A DNA stretch of 64,000 bases from Flaccisagitta enflata (Eukaryota). This document shows, piece after piece, positions 1 to 13,473 of the stretch. Within the stretch, counting starts at the first letter, position 1, and every line of letters begins with the position of its first letter. The stretch is taken from the NCBI GenBank assembly GCA_965153355.1, contig OZ231126.1, positions 24,738,001 through 24,802,000 on the forward strand, given 5' to 3'. The notes under the pieces are model-generated. The model saw only the letters and a program-made list of their open reading frames with translations. It searched no databases and had not been told where the DNA came from. Position numbers and translations under genes: made by a program.

Positions 1-478
1 GATTTTCTAAGCATTTTAACACAATTCTTTTGCATGAAAGCACGATAACTTATCCTGCTGAAATTGGATTTCCATAAATACCTAAGTAAATGTTATGTTC
101 TCCTTTTTGCTTTAGTTGTAATCCCAATGACTCAGAGACTATGAAATCAACCAAGAAAATGTAACCAAGGCGTTTGGTGTTTGTATTAAGAACCAAAAAT
201 AAGATGAAAAAACCTCCCAATGTATCTGAATAGAGACTTTATTACTTAAAGCAAAAACTTTTAAGAAACAAGATCCATTTTTTCATCATTTTTCAATTGG
301 AGTATCAATTTTATTTTGCTTGTCATTTCTAAACGCCTTGAGCTAAAAGGATGCGGTTTGCAGCACCTGGTCAGAAATTCAAAGTAGTTTTAGAATCTCA
401 CTGATTTTTATATAAATTTCTTATTTTAAACAGAGTTCTTGCCCAAAATGCCTGTCGATATACTTATGTTCTAGATAG
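1..478. mobile_element. Right-hand part of a MITE truncated by the window start
   Basis: Ends CTAGATAG|TA, the same terminus as the MITE at 5085-5677. AT-rich interior. Confidence 0.45.
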
Positions 479-551
479 TACATATCTGGTATGTCTGTCC
501 ATATTTCTGTCTTTGGGTTTCAATTCTTGTCTTCCTTCTTACATACATAAC

Positions 552-674
552 TATCAATCGCTAACTATCTATCTATGTATCTATCCTTCTATCAATCCAT
601 CCATCAATCCATCCATCCATCCATCCATCCATCCATCCATCCATCCACCCGTCCATCTATCTATCTATCTATCA

Positions 675-745
<71 letters not shown>

Positions 746-765
746 GCTCTATCTACCTATCAAAA

Positions 766-828
<63 letters not shown>

Positions 829-842
829 AAAAATCTATCTAT

Positions 843-883
<41 letters not shown>

Positions 884-940
884 AATCTATCTATCTATCT
901 ATCTTTCGCTCTATCTACCTATCAAAATCTATCTACCCAT
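552..940. repeat. (ATCC)n/(ATCT)n microsatellite
   Basis: Direct reading. Confidence 0.95.
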
Positions 941-987
941 CTGTCCTTGATTCATTTTGCTTGATTTTTCTAGCAATTTATTTTCGT

Positions 988-1032
<45 letters not shown>

Positions 1033-1620
1033 ATTCATGCGATAATCAAATAGTTTTTTCACGGTTTGAGTGGAAGGGAGCGGCGATTTGAAATTGGATT
1101 AGCCAACCCACAATCATATCGTGTTCAGTTTCAGTGGACAAGCCACTTTTCAAATGCGAGGAGGAGTTACGTGGGTCGTTTTATGCTTCTATGGAGGAGG
1201 TATCTAAAGTCCGAAGTATCTAAAGTATCTAAAGTATCTAAAGTATCTAAAGTACAGTGCTCTTTGGGATTGTAAGAAATTTCGTTCTACGTATCGGCCA
1301 GTCTGTCTGTCTGTCAGTTTGCCTGTCTGTCTGTCTCTCTGTCTGGCTGTCTATCTGTCTGTATGTCTGCCTTTCCATTTGATTGTTTGCCTTATGGTCT
1401 CTCTCTCTTTCGCTCTCTCTCTCTTTCTCTCTCTCTCACTGTTTCACTCTCTTTGCTTGCTTTATTTCTCTCCCTACATCCTCGGCTTTCCTTCCTCAAC
1501 CAACTCTGTAACGCAGATGGGAGACTTTGCATCATTATCATTTTGTTTTCCTCAAATGAGAAAAAGTCGTGAGCAGAGAAAATGACAAAAGGACAAAAGG
1601 GTGTCTCTACGGGTGTGGAG

Positions 1621-1724
<104 letters not shown>

Positions 1725-1791
1725 AAATTAGAATGAGAATTAGAATGAGAATTTGAAATACAATAAATCTAGGTTTAGGAAACCTTAACTA

Positions 1792-2385
1792 CAGGGTCAT
1801 CAGCCTAAGATGCCGGATTCTGTTAAGCTTTTACTCATATACCCTTGATTTCATACTGATTGTCTCTTAAAGAGCATAATTTGACGTTTTTTGTATCAAA
1901 ATTTCATCCAAATCGGTTAAGTAGTTTAGATTTTACAAGTATTTGAAGTAGAAACTAATTTTCCCTCAATGGCAGAATTTTCAATAAAAATTGAGAGAGA
2001 GAGCATTTTTAAATTTCTCTCTTTTTTCAACTTTTTGAGCTGGAATGGTCTAGTATGAAAAAAAAAATTGATGTAGTTTCAAAAATTTGTCAAATCATCT
2101 TTTATTTAGGACTAATCTCATGATTCTGGCTCAAAATATTGCAAAATGAGAAAATGGGAAAAAAGACTGTTCCTCCATTTTCCAAAGAAAAAACAGAAGC
2201 GGCGAAAAAGAAGTTTTTTACTTAATTAGATGTAAAATCTAAATTACTTGACCGATTTTGATGAAATTTTGAAACAAAAAACGTCAACCTATACTCTATA
2301 AGAGACAATCAGTTTGAAATCCGTGACATTTGGCATCTCAGAGTAAAAGCTTAACATTATCCGGCATCTCAGGCTGATGACCCGG
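1792..2385. mobile_element. TA-flanked foldback MITE (Tc1/mariner-type termini)
   Basis: TA|CAGGGTCATCAGCCT... and ...AGGCTGATGACCCGG|TA with long imperfect inverted arms. Confidence 0.85.
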
Positions 2386-3196
2386 TAAAGGGTTTATAAA
2401 AAGAAAAAAAGAGAATTGGAGAGCTACATGCAGACAGAATAAAAGAGAGGAGTCAATGACAGAAAAGAGACCGGCAGAGAGAAAGTACTAACAGAGACAA
2501 AGCCAAATCAGACAAGTAAGGAGGAGGAGGAGGTGAGGAGGAGACAGCTAGAAAGACAGACTGACGGACAGACAGACAGGCAGACAACCATCCAGATAGA
2601 CAAAGCTCGAGAGAAAAGTGAGCCAAAAGAAAACAAATACGTGCACAAACGGATCTAAACAATAACACCACATTCTGCATTTTCCCTCTCTTTCTTTCTA
2701 TTTCTCACTCTCTCTCTCTCTGTTTTTCTTCTCTTTCAAAAGAAAAATTGTTCTTTCTTTGCCTGGATGTGAATAAATCATTTTCTTCTTATTTTTCATT
2801 CCTTCGCCTTCCTCGATTATTTCTTTCTGCCATTTTCGATTCTCTGGGGTTTCTTTTTCGTTTGTCTTGTTATTTTTTTCAACAATTCACATCTTTATTC
2901 TCGCTGTTTTTGTTGGGACTTAACTTTTCTTGGCTTTTTCAAATTTTTCATTCGTATTGTTGATGCATGAGAGAATTTGTTGACCTACGGTTTTATTTGA
3001 ATGTAATCGACAATCAATGGATAAATCATTAAAAAGATGAATGTTTAAATAAAAAAAAATATTGGTATACTTTTTGCTTGTTTTCTTGCTCCACCGCTTC
3101 TTAAATCAGGTGCCTCCTTCTTTCATTACCCATCACCTCCTTTCTGATTTTTCCCTTTTCAGACTTCTTAATGAAAATCATGTTCTCTGAAATTAC

Positions 3197-3815
3197 GACG
3201 TCAAATCTGCCAGGGAAAATTAAGTGCTTCATCCCACTTTTGCATCAATAATGGACTAATTATCCATCCACAAATGTTTTTATTTCTGAAGTTGTCACTG
3301 GATTTACTTAATATGTTGATCTGTTTCATATTTCACGCTTTAAATCGCCTTTTGATAAGCAATTCTCGCGGTAAATGGCAAGAAAATGAACATATATACA
3401 TTTTTAGTGAAATTTTGTTGACATTTTTTTTTTATTTCTGAGGTCGAAAATATAAGAAGGCTACACCCAGAAAAAAATTTGCATTTTCAAAAACATGGTT
3501 CTCTCTATAAACGATTTGGGAAGAGAACTATGTTCTTTGTTTTTTCCTTTTTTGATTTTCTATGCAAACTCATTATTTCGACCAACCCCTTGTCAGTGAC
3601 AAAAAAGAAATTTGTAGAAATTTTCAGTAAATTCTTTTCAGTAATTTAAGCTAAAGCTGAGTCTTTTTCTAAATGGACGCATATTTTGCTTTCAAATATC
3701 ATGTATGTCATATCTTAGTCATTTTTATTCACTTGTTTTTCTATTTTCACTCATGTATGTTTTCTATTTTGACCCATTTTGATACCCTAAATGTTGGCTT
3801 CGTGGGCACGCTGTC
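3197..3815. mobile_element. ~620-bp interspersed element, with homologous copies at 24605-25838 in the opposite orientation
   Basis: Shares AATCTGCCAGGG...TTGGCTTCGTGGGCACGCTGTC with the 24.6-25.8 kb copies. GAC...GTC ends. Confidence 0.8.
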
Positions 3816-3904
3816 TTACATTCCATCTCCAAACTCTTTACCTTTTCCTCTTTCTCCCTCACTTTTCCTTACCGCTCCCTCCATCCACTTGGTCCTTTCC
3901 TCCT

Positions 3905-4835
3905 CTCTTTTCGAATTGTTGGTAAGGTCGTATTTCCATCGTCGACTCATTGCTTATTTGTATTGTAGGAATGATGGTATTCACTAATCCCTCCTTTCCC
4001 CCCTCTTTGTCTTCCTCCTTTCTTTCCTTTCTATCCCTTTTTTCGGCTTTTTGGTAAGGTCGTCGACTCATTACTTGTAGGAATGATGGTATTCATCACT
4101 CCTTCCTTCCTCCCTTGCTCTCTCTTCCTTTCCTACCCTCTTTCTACTCCTCCTTTCTTCCCTTTCCTCCCCTCTTTTTCGGCTTGTTGGTAAGGTCGTA
4201 TTTTCATCGGCGTCGACTCATCACTTACTTGTAGGAATGAAGGCATTCACCAGTCCATCCTTTCCCCCTTGTTCTCCCTTCCGTTCCTAACCTCTTTCTC
4301 CTCCTCCTTTCTTCCCTTTTCCTTCCCTCTTTTTGTTGGTAAGGTCGTATTTCCATTGTCGACTCATTACTTACTTGTAGGAATGATGGCATTCAACGGT
4401 CCTTTCTTTTCCCCTTATTCTACTTTCTGTTCCTACCCTCTTTCCCTTCCTCGTTTCTTTCCCTTCCTCCCCTTTTTTCGGCTTGTTGATAAGGTCATAT
4501 TTCCATTGTCGACTCATTACTTACTTGTAGGAATGATGGCATTCAACGGTCCTTTCTTTTCCCCTTATTCTACTTTCTGTTCCTACCCTCTTTCTCCTCC
4601 TCTTTTCTTCCCTTTCCTCCCCTCTTTTTCGGCTTGTTGGTAAGGTCGTATTTCCATCGTCGACTCATTACTTACTTGTAGGAATGTCGGCATTCAACGG
4701 TCCTTCCTTTTCCCCTTATTCTACTTTCTGTTCCCACTCTCTTTCTCCTCCTCCTTTCTTCCCTTTCCTCCCCTCTTTTTCGGCTTGTTGGTAAGGTCGT
4801 ATTTCTATCGTCGACTCATTACTTACTTGTAGGAA
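3905..4835. repeat. ~150-bp minisatellite, about 6-7 units
   Basis: Core TTGTTGGTAAGGTCGTATTTCCATCGTCGACTCATTACTTACTTGTAGGAATG recurs at ~135-150 bp spacing with pyrimidine-rich spacers. Confidence 0.9.
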
Positions 4836-5084
4836 GGGCGACATTTAGACGAATGGAGTCTCGCGGCCAACTCCGTAATTCTTTCTCTTCCGCACCCAAA
4901 AGCCACACAATGAATGAGACAAACTATTTCTGTTTTTCATTTTCTCTTATTTCTTTTCTTTTGGTGTAATCTTTCTTTAAATATCTTTTTCTCGCTTAAA
5001 CACTTTTCTCACTTGTTACATGTTACTTCAATACCACATTCGGCTACTCATCTTTTTGCGTTTTAACTAGGTCTATGCATATCA

Positions 5085-5677
5085 CTATCTTGGAAATATG
5101 TTTGGAAGTACCTTTAAAGAGGAATATCTCTACTTCCCGTTGAGATAATTAAGAAAAATTTATAAGCATTTTAATCTAGGTCAAAAAATCTACAATCTGA
5201 GTGCAATCTCGTCCCTGTGCATCAAACTACTTAGAAATGCCATCAGTTTGAAGTTGATCATGCACTTTCAAAAATGGCATAAAAAGGAGGATTTCTTTTT
5301 TCTCCTACCCTTCAATCTTTGAATTGCTCTCAAATTTTACCAAAAAATGGTGAAAACATGCGGATTGCAGCACTGGTTAGCTCTTGAGCTCTTGTTTCAT
5401 AACCTCATGGATTTCAAGTCAGATTTTGAAAGGGAAGTAGCCCAAATTTGCAGCCAAAATGACCAAAATATACCATTTTTTCCACAACCTCCTCTTAGTT
5501 GTGATAAACAAACCAAACATGCGGTTCCTTAATTGGATTGAAAATTGTTTTTCTCTTTTGTTCTAATTAGTATGAATACAAAAATAGCCAAAACCAATCA
5601 GGTGTATAAGTTTGGAGTGCATAGGAGGGAAAACATACTACAAACCCAAAGTGCTTCCAAACTTTTTTCCTAGATAG
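5085..5677. mobile_element. MITE with ~30-bp terminal inverted repeats
   Basis: CTATCTTGGAAATATGTTTGGAAGTACCTT ... AAGTGCTTCCAAACTTTTTTCCTAGATAG|TA. Confidence 0.75.
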
Positions 5678-6456
5678 TACAACTTGCAAGAGCATCTTTT
5701 TCATACTGGAATTCAAATATCGCCGCGACTCTCATCTTTGATTTTCTCTTCATAACAATTTCATTTCCTCAATTTTAAGGAAACTATATGCTTAAACATT
5801 GAAGACTGGTGAAAAATCGAAGAAGGGAGTTGTTAAGTTAATGTCCCTCTAAAAAAACTATCGTTTTTGCCTTTCCGTTTAAGCTTTAGAAAATAAAAAC
5901 CTAAAGATTAACATATTTCAAAATCATTGAAAAAAGCAAGGTAACACCCCTTTTCTTGGCTATCTCAGGGGTACTCATTTTTATACATGCAAGGTTACTG
6001 CTTCCATTAATAAGAATGCAGAATTTTTGACCCTAAAAAAACAAAACATTAGACTGTTTTCAGTATGAAATGTATTTTAATTGATAAACAACCCCAAAAT
6101 ACATAAAGATCTACAACGAATGCGTGATCAGTGAAAAATGACCTCCCAAAGATTTCATGAGGGTATTACCAATCAGCATTATCTTTGAATCCAAGTTTTG
6201 TTGAAGCTTAGGGCGATAGAGATAACATCGGGAGCAAGTGGCATGGAGCCCTTCAGTTTCGAAAAAAAATTCAAAAGAAAAATGATTTATGCCCGAAGGA
6301 ACAAAAAAAGAGAGAGAAAAAAAAAAGAATTTGTACTTATAGTCTTGAGAAAGAGTGGTAGAAAAAGTTAAGAGACGATTCAGAATGAGAAAAAGTGCGC
6401 AGTGTTCAAGAGAGAGAGAGAGAGAGACAGATGAAGGCGGGAAATAAAAAAGGTAC

Positions 6457-6727
<271 letters not shown>

Positions 6728-7130
6728 AGCAGATAGCAAGAAAGAATAAAGACACAGAAAGATAGAAATGAAAGAAAGGAGGGAGAAAGAGATGAATAAT
6801 CGTTTCCAGACAGAGGCTGAAAAAACGGGTTTAATTTCCTCTCAGGTCTCAGATCCATGTATCACTGTCCGGTGGCTTCTATACGCGTAACACAAGAAGG
6901 AAAAGTATAAACAAGAATCAACTACTGAGCTGCCCATTTGGAATCTAGTGATCCAATATTATTTACTTGTGGAAGAAATATAAGGCCATATTTGCACGGT
7001 AGATTCAGTCAACCGCGGTTGAGCAGGGTCAGTGAGGCTTTATGATGCAGTGAAAGCTACAAAGTATAGGGAATGTTAACGCAATAAGGTGAGTACACGA
7101 ATCTACTCTTGTTGGTGTATAGCGGCAACA

Positions 7131-7325
7131 TTTTTAGTCGCGTGCACGCGACTCTACAACCCGCTCTGTCCATCTGTCGGTCCGTCGGTCCGTCGGTAAC
7201 ACTTTGCTTTTTTGGCGCTTATGGGCGGTTTTGGAGTTACTGCTCTTGCCCAAAAGCTCGGTTTGTTTTTTTCTTCACCGCCCCTACCCAACCGCACACG
7301 ACTTGTGTCACGGTATGGCCTTGTT
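7131..7325 (+). mobile_element. DINE-1/HINE-like element, family A
   Basis: TTTTTAGTCGCGTGCACGCGACT palindromic subterminal repeat, GTCY/GTCG tract, partial repeat CACACGACT, and a GGCC-TTGTT end. Confidence 0.8.
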
Positions 7326-7465
7326 TTTCTATTGGAGAAGTGTTGATGCCAACGTGCCATGGAAGCTGGGAGATGATGTGAGAAATAAGGGGAAAAATAT
7401 TTCAAGAATCCGAGCTGTAAATAAAGCTTAGGGGAAAAGAAAGATAGAGAAAATAATGACAAGAA

Positions 7466-7591
7466 AACAAGGCCAAGTAGGCCAATAGGTGCGACGTGTG
7501 GATCGTCGAACGAATGCGTTACAGACCGACCAACCAACCAACCAACCGACGGACACAGCCAGTTATAGAGGTGCTTTGTCGCACCTAAAAA
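7466..7591 (-). mobile_element. HINE-like short element (same subfamily as 13474-13595)
   Basis: AACAAGGCCAAGTAGGCC 3' stem-loop, AGGTGC..GCACCT subterminal palindrome, GACC/CAAC tract. Confidence 0.75.
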
Positions 7592-7640
7592 AGAAAGGGA
7601 GAAACATGGCGCAACAAAAGAAGAACTGCAGAGCAGAAAA

Positions 7641-7806
7641 AACAAGGCCGGATACGCGTGCGGGTGGGCAGGGGCTATATTTGAGGTCACCAGACAATTT
7701 GGACAGGAGCAGTGAGGTCAAAGAAATAAAATCATAAAAAAAGTAAAGTGTGACCAACCAACCGACCGACCGACCAACCGACCGACGGACAAAGCGGGTT
7801 GTAGTC
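7641..7806 (-). mobile_element. 5'-truncated HINE family A copy
   Basis: AACAAGGCCGGATACG... with a GACC tract and AAAGCGGGTTGTAG. Confidence 0.65.
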
Positions 7807-8810
7807 ATTGCAGAGTCTACGGAAAAGAAGCCACATGAATGAAAAAAGATAATAAATAGAAACGGAGAGGAGAAAGATGGCAAGGGGGGGGGGGGGGGTG
7901 TAAATCTAACAACAATGTGAGAGACAACCAGTTGCTACGAAGATGTCAATGAGGAAGGACAAAAATGCACAAGGAAGAACAGACTTAACAGCAAACAGAA
8001 GGAACAAATGAAAAAGCAATTTCTGAAGAAGACAAATTATCATAAGACTTAATAACAACTGAGTAAATCTGGGCTATAAAGTATTTACCGCGTTATACCA
8101 AGTCAGCTGGAAAAAGACGCAAGGTCAGATTTAAAATGAAAAAAGAAATAAGGGTAAAAAGAAAAGGAACGGTTAGAATCAGGAACTATGACCAAGTTTT
8201 CGCCGCATTCAAATTAATTCGTGGCGCGTTTTTTCGGAGAAGCAATGACTTGAAAAAGGTTGTTAACTAATTTGCCACGCGTAAGACTGTCGTCGGGTTG
8301 TCAGCAAGCGTCATGTAACAATAGACACTGTATCAAGGCATGATTATCTGCAGACAGATGGAATCTATTTATTGGGCCTAATGTTTACGACCATAAGTCA
8401 TCCGTTTTCCTCAAATCAATGATTTTCGGGGCATTTAACCTTGCCGGACAAAATGTATTTCTATTCATTTTTTCTAGCCCATTGCCTCTTCCCTAGGCCA
8501 GAAACAGTGCAAAAATTCCACCAGTAAAAAACCGGTAATGATTAACCGAGATGTTAAAGAGAAAAAAAGTCGACGACGATGCAGTAAATAAACAACAAAT
8601 GTGTTGAAAGAGATATCGTGGGTTAAAAAAAAAAGAAAGTAAGAGTATAGGAAACGGAAAGAAGCAGCAAAAAAACGGTTCTCATTATTTTCTCGATCGC
8701 GCCTCTCATTTTTCTTTCCTTCGTCTCTCCGTTTCCATTGATAATGAATATCCAGTCAGAAGCAAAAAGATCCATTACTCACTTTCCTCCTTTCTCTGTC
8801 TGTCTTTGTC

Positions 8811-8863
<53 letters not shown>

Positions 8864-9040
8864 TTTTTGCTTGTTCGCCTACCATCATGGTGTTGGCATT
8901 TCTTTTTTTAACTATTCGGGATTGGGCATACAGTGGCTCAAAATATTAAAACATTCAGAATATTTCACTTCAGCATCCAACGCAAAACACCTCTCACATA
9001 CCCCTCATTCAAAACCCATTGACCGTTCATACTGTTTTTT

Positions 9041-9128
<88 letters not shown>

Positions 9129-9130
<2 letters not shown>

Positions 9131-9338
9131 TTTTAGTCGCGTGCACGCGACTCTACAACCCGCTATGTCCGTCGGTCGGTCGGTCGGTCCGTCCGTCTGT
9201 CCGTCCGTCCGCGTTAGCTTTTTCGGCGTTACGGGCGGTTTTGGCGTTACTGCTCCTGCCCAAATGCTTGGGTAAGCCTTTATCATCACTGCCCCTGCCC
9301 ACCCGCACGCGACTTCGGCTCGTGTATACGGCCTTGTT
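9129..9338 (+). mobile_element. HINE family A copy
   Basis: TTTTAGTCGCGTGCACGCGACT...(GTCG/GTCC)n...GCACGCGACT...GGCCTTGTT. Confidence 0.85.
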
Positions 9339-10013
9339 ATCCTTTTCCTCCGTGTGTTTTACTCGCTATCGACGTCGTTACGCGTTACATCATTTCCTTC
9401 GTTTCTATTGGCTGTTTTGTCTTCTTCGTTCTTTTTTCTGATTGGAACGTTTTTAGTCACGTGATGTTCAGCTGACGTGAAGGCTCGCAACGTTCATCCT
9501 TGGGCTTGCTCCATCGAACCATGGCTGATCGAATTGGGATGTTGGACCAAAGCTAAGGCAAAGGTGGGGATGTTGGACAAAGGTGCAAGGGCTTAGGTGA
9601 GGAAGATTCTTTGGGTAGGCGAGAACGTATGAAAGAGGCACAGGAAAAAGTGGTCTATTGGTAGTGAGGCAGCGGCTAGGCCACACTGCCTATTTGACGG
9701 TACCCCCATGGTAGTTTGGAAGGAATCGATCAAAGAGCACATCTTCCAGAAAGATATTGATAGCTTCCAAAGAAATTGAATTACATCTGTTGTATCAATC
9801 AACAAATTGTTGTGATGAATATATTCCAGCTGTTAGTCTGTCCGTTTCCACTGGGAATATCAGATGATTTTCTTGGCCTTGTTTTGTTTGAACTTGAATT
9901 AAACTCAAAAGCATTTTACTGATTTTCTATCGCATCCACCTGACTCAATACGTTGCTGTGTTGGACCTTCGTTCCATATTTCATCTTATGGTAACGCGGC
10001 GCGTACGACTATA

Positions 10014-10575
10014 TATGATAACGGGAAAAGAGGGGGTCAGTGGAGAATGCCCAAAAGGGAACAGAAAGAGAAAGTCGCCTGCCAGTAAGACCCTGCCCTG
10101 CCTAAAGAAGGAAGACCTGAGAAGGGCCCGCGGGTAAAAGTGTCCTGCCAAACCTCAGTCTAGGCAAAGGGGGTATATATCAAGACCCAGAATCCTCATG
10201 AAATGAGCTGACTTAAGCAGAGCAAAGGCAGCTCGCTGTCATGACTGCTAAAGGGGAGGGGGAAAGACTCAAGGGATGCCCTAAATGCTCAAAGGACATG
10301 ACCACTGGGCCACAGGTCCCGATAAATGAGCAGAAGAAGTGAGAGGTGTGTCCTAGAAAATGGGTGGGGAAACCTCTGCCAGATGCTAGACCAGAGATGC
10401 AGAAGTCAGGAAAGAAGAGCAGAGCAAATGGGGAAGATGAAGCAAGCAGCAGAGGAGGGAAAGAGCAACAGCCAATCAGGAGGAAAGAGAAGCTGAGGAG
10501 GCAAGGTAGTGAGAGCCAGAGAGCAGAAGGACCTGTAGCAGTGAGCTAGCTAGAGGCAGAGGTCCCCGTACTACA
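10014..10575 (-). repeat. 3' LTR
   Basis: Direct repeat of 16864-17425, preceded on the - strand by the PPT. Contains a CCAAT (~10472) and a TATATA (~10175). Confidence 0.93.
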
Positions 10576-10590
10576 GTTACTCCCCCTCTC
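10576..10590 (-). other. Polypurine tract
   Basis: The - strand reads GAGAGGGGGAGTAAC immediately before the 3' LTR TG. Confidence 0.8.
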
Positions 10591-12560
10591 ACGAAGACGA
10601 CGTCCTCGGCGTCTAAACCTAAGCCCAAATCTAAACCGGAACCCCTCAGTGACATGGCGAGATATGCAGAGCAAACGCACCAAGCTGACTGAGATCCAAA
10701 CCCCCAGCTAACAGTATGTATGTAAGCAGTGTTCGCTATGAGTCCTTGCCCGTGTGGTTTGGCACTGGGCCAGGCAAATACAGGCTGGACTCTAGTCGTC
10801 AGTTTAGTCAGCATGTGTAGTCAGCACAAACAGGCAAATACACATCCAAAACCGAATATATCACAAACCCAATAAAAGCAAGGTCCCATGGTGCGTGCAC
10901 CACACGGGAATAGGTACACAAAAAAAAAGTGAGCACTCCGTCACTTGGGAAAAGTAAGTCGGAGCACAAAAAGACAAAACCGCATAAAATGCCGCCGGGG
11001 TAGGGAGGGGGGGGGGGGGCATAAATACCACAAGCCAACGCGAAGGCGAACAATCCCAAACACCAATAGCACAACTACGAGCGCGAACAAGAAACCACGG
11101 GGGGGGGGGGCGGGGGCAAAAAAAAAAAAACTACCCATGCTAGGGCATGAACGCGGGTCAATGCAGAGAACCTGATAGTGAACGATGACAGCGGCACGAC
11201 ATGAACATCAAAACTATTTAGCCACCCAGCCAACTCACCGCCGTACAAAAGTAACGCAATAATCAACGAAGGGCGAAAAATGTGAAAAAGCAATATCACA
11301 AACAGTTAACAATGTGACAAGCTTGTATGCAAACAAGCAACGAGAAGGCAATCAAAACCCACGTATTCACTCCAGTCAGAAACGGTAGAAAAGATGAGCT
11401 CGGAGCCCAACGAATCCAATCACGTCGCATAGTGCCGCCGGAGGGCTGGCTGTAAAAACGTAAACCTAATGACTAGGTTCGTGATGCCGCCACCATCGCC
11501 GTTGAGTTCCGCATGTCCATATTAGCATGCCCAAGGTGAATAACGGAATGAGCGCCCATGATAGCACGCCTAATGTAAATGGAAAATAACACCATGCTAA
11601 AAGTTATATAAACATAAATAAGCAAAAAAAATCAGTCAAAGCAAGGGCATTGACAGAGCCAAGCCCAAACGCTGGACTACAATTAGAATAATTCATGTAC
11701 ATACTTGTATGTATCAATAACCGGCAAAACAAAAGAGAAAGCAACGGCAAAAACAATAACAAAAACGAACGAGTCAACAATAATAAAAACAAAAAAGCGA
11801 AGGGCAGAGAGAGCGGGAAAAAACAAAGCAAAGCAAAGAAAAGAGAATAAACGAGAAAAAAAAAACAAAGGCAAAAGAAAAGAAATTAAGATAAGGAAAG
11901 AACGAAAAGGAAGAGAAAAGAAAGAGCAGAGGATAGCGAGCGGAAGAAATAAGAGGGGAGAATAGAGGAACAAACAAAAGAGGGAAAAGAGGGAGAGAAA
12001 GGGAGAGAAGATAAGAAAGAAAAGAAAAGAAAGAGGAGAACAGAAAGAGAAGGAAAGAGAGAAGGGCAAGAAATGAGGAAAGAGGAAGAAAGGGAGAGAA
12101 AAAGAGTGAGAGAAAGAAATAAAAGAAACAAGCGATACAAACGTAAGTGGCGGCGGCGTCGTAGTCGAGCCCGAAATTGTGTCATAAAGTTGAGGCGCGC
12201 ATCGTTCCCATTGTGGTCGAGGTCGAAGTCGAACACAAATCCCAAAGTTGAATGTTCGGGGCCCATCGCGTAGCCGACATAAGGGATTCGAACATCTGCG
12301 TACACCTGTGTAGTTAAACCTTGCCAACAAGACGAAAATCAGTGTATGACAGACAAAACATTCAAATCACAGAAATAGAGGGACGGACTAGCCGACATTG
12401 CAACACCGGCAACCGCATTACAGACTGACAAGTGTCTCCTGACTTACGCCACTGGAGATAGGTAAACAAACAGACAAACAAAATACCTCAGACAGAACAG
12501 AGCGCAACAGGCGAACAAGCAACGAGACACCGCGACATTGCGGCGATGTATCAACACCAC

Positions 12561-12644
12561 ATAATAATAATAATGATAATAATAATAATAGAAACAATAA
12601 TAATAATAATGATAATAATGATAATAATAATGATAATAATAGTA

Positions 12645-12711
<67 letters not shown>

Positions 12712-12775
12712 TAATATATATAATAACAATGATAACGACAACAATAGTAATAATGATAACAATGAAAACAATAAC
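12561..12775. repeat. (ATA)n microsatellite inside the LTR element
   Basis: Direct reading. Confidence 0.9.
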
Positions 12776-13473
12776 AAGAACAAAACAAAAACAAAACAAA
12801 AACAAACGCAACAAAAATAAACAAAGAAAAAATAAACGCACGGCCGACGATTGTACAGACTATCAGCAGTAAAAATCACCCGACAAACAGACACTACCAT
12901 TACAGAAAGAAATGAACAAGCAACGAACGCATAAAACAGTCACACACGCACCCAAAACAGATCCGAGAGACAAACGAACGACCAAGACAAATAAACGAAA
13001 GAGACAGATAGACAAGGAGGAGTCGGCTGTTCATTACCGATTGACTGGATGTATTATCAACTTAATCACCCAGACGCTGGGATTTAATGAACACCTCCAA
13101 ACAGATGGACGGACAAACCAAATTTAGGAGAGAAGTAAAACCAGACAGAAGACAAAGAGGACAGACAAACCGCCAAAATGGAACAGGCAAAAAGAAAGAC
13201 AATCACGGACAAAGGAACAGACGCCGACCTGAGAGGGGACAGACGAATTAAAGGGGACAAGGATCATGTACGCAAAATAGTGTAGACTACATTATTCTCT
13301 ATTTTCTTCAGCTAACCAACGGGGCCGAAGAAGCTGGAGAGATGCGCGGAAATTGTATGTAATACATTAAACATGAACCGACGATTTTGTTTTTACAAAG
13401 GTTACGTCTTTTTATGCAACACTTTGTACATGACAAGAAAGGACCAAACGAAACCCATTTGTTTCCTTTTTCG

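Noticed and set aside
3905-4835. CRISPR-like repeat-spacer array
   Set aside because: Spacers are homologous to each other, the context is eukaryotic and there are no cas genes.
9480-9850. Possible LINE/RT remnant
   Set aside because: Composition is coding-like but I could not identify any RT or endonuclease motif.
10490-10530. Hammerhead ribozyme (retrozyme) in the LTR (CTGAGGA)
   Set aside because: No GAAA after the putative stem II, and it is on the antisense strand.
10346-10549. Identical 67-aa ORF present twice (also 17196-17399)
   Set aside because: It lies inside the two LTRs, antisense to the element. LTR identity explains the duplication.
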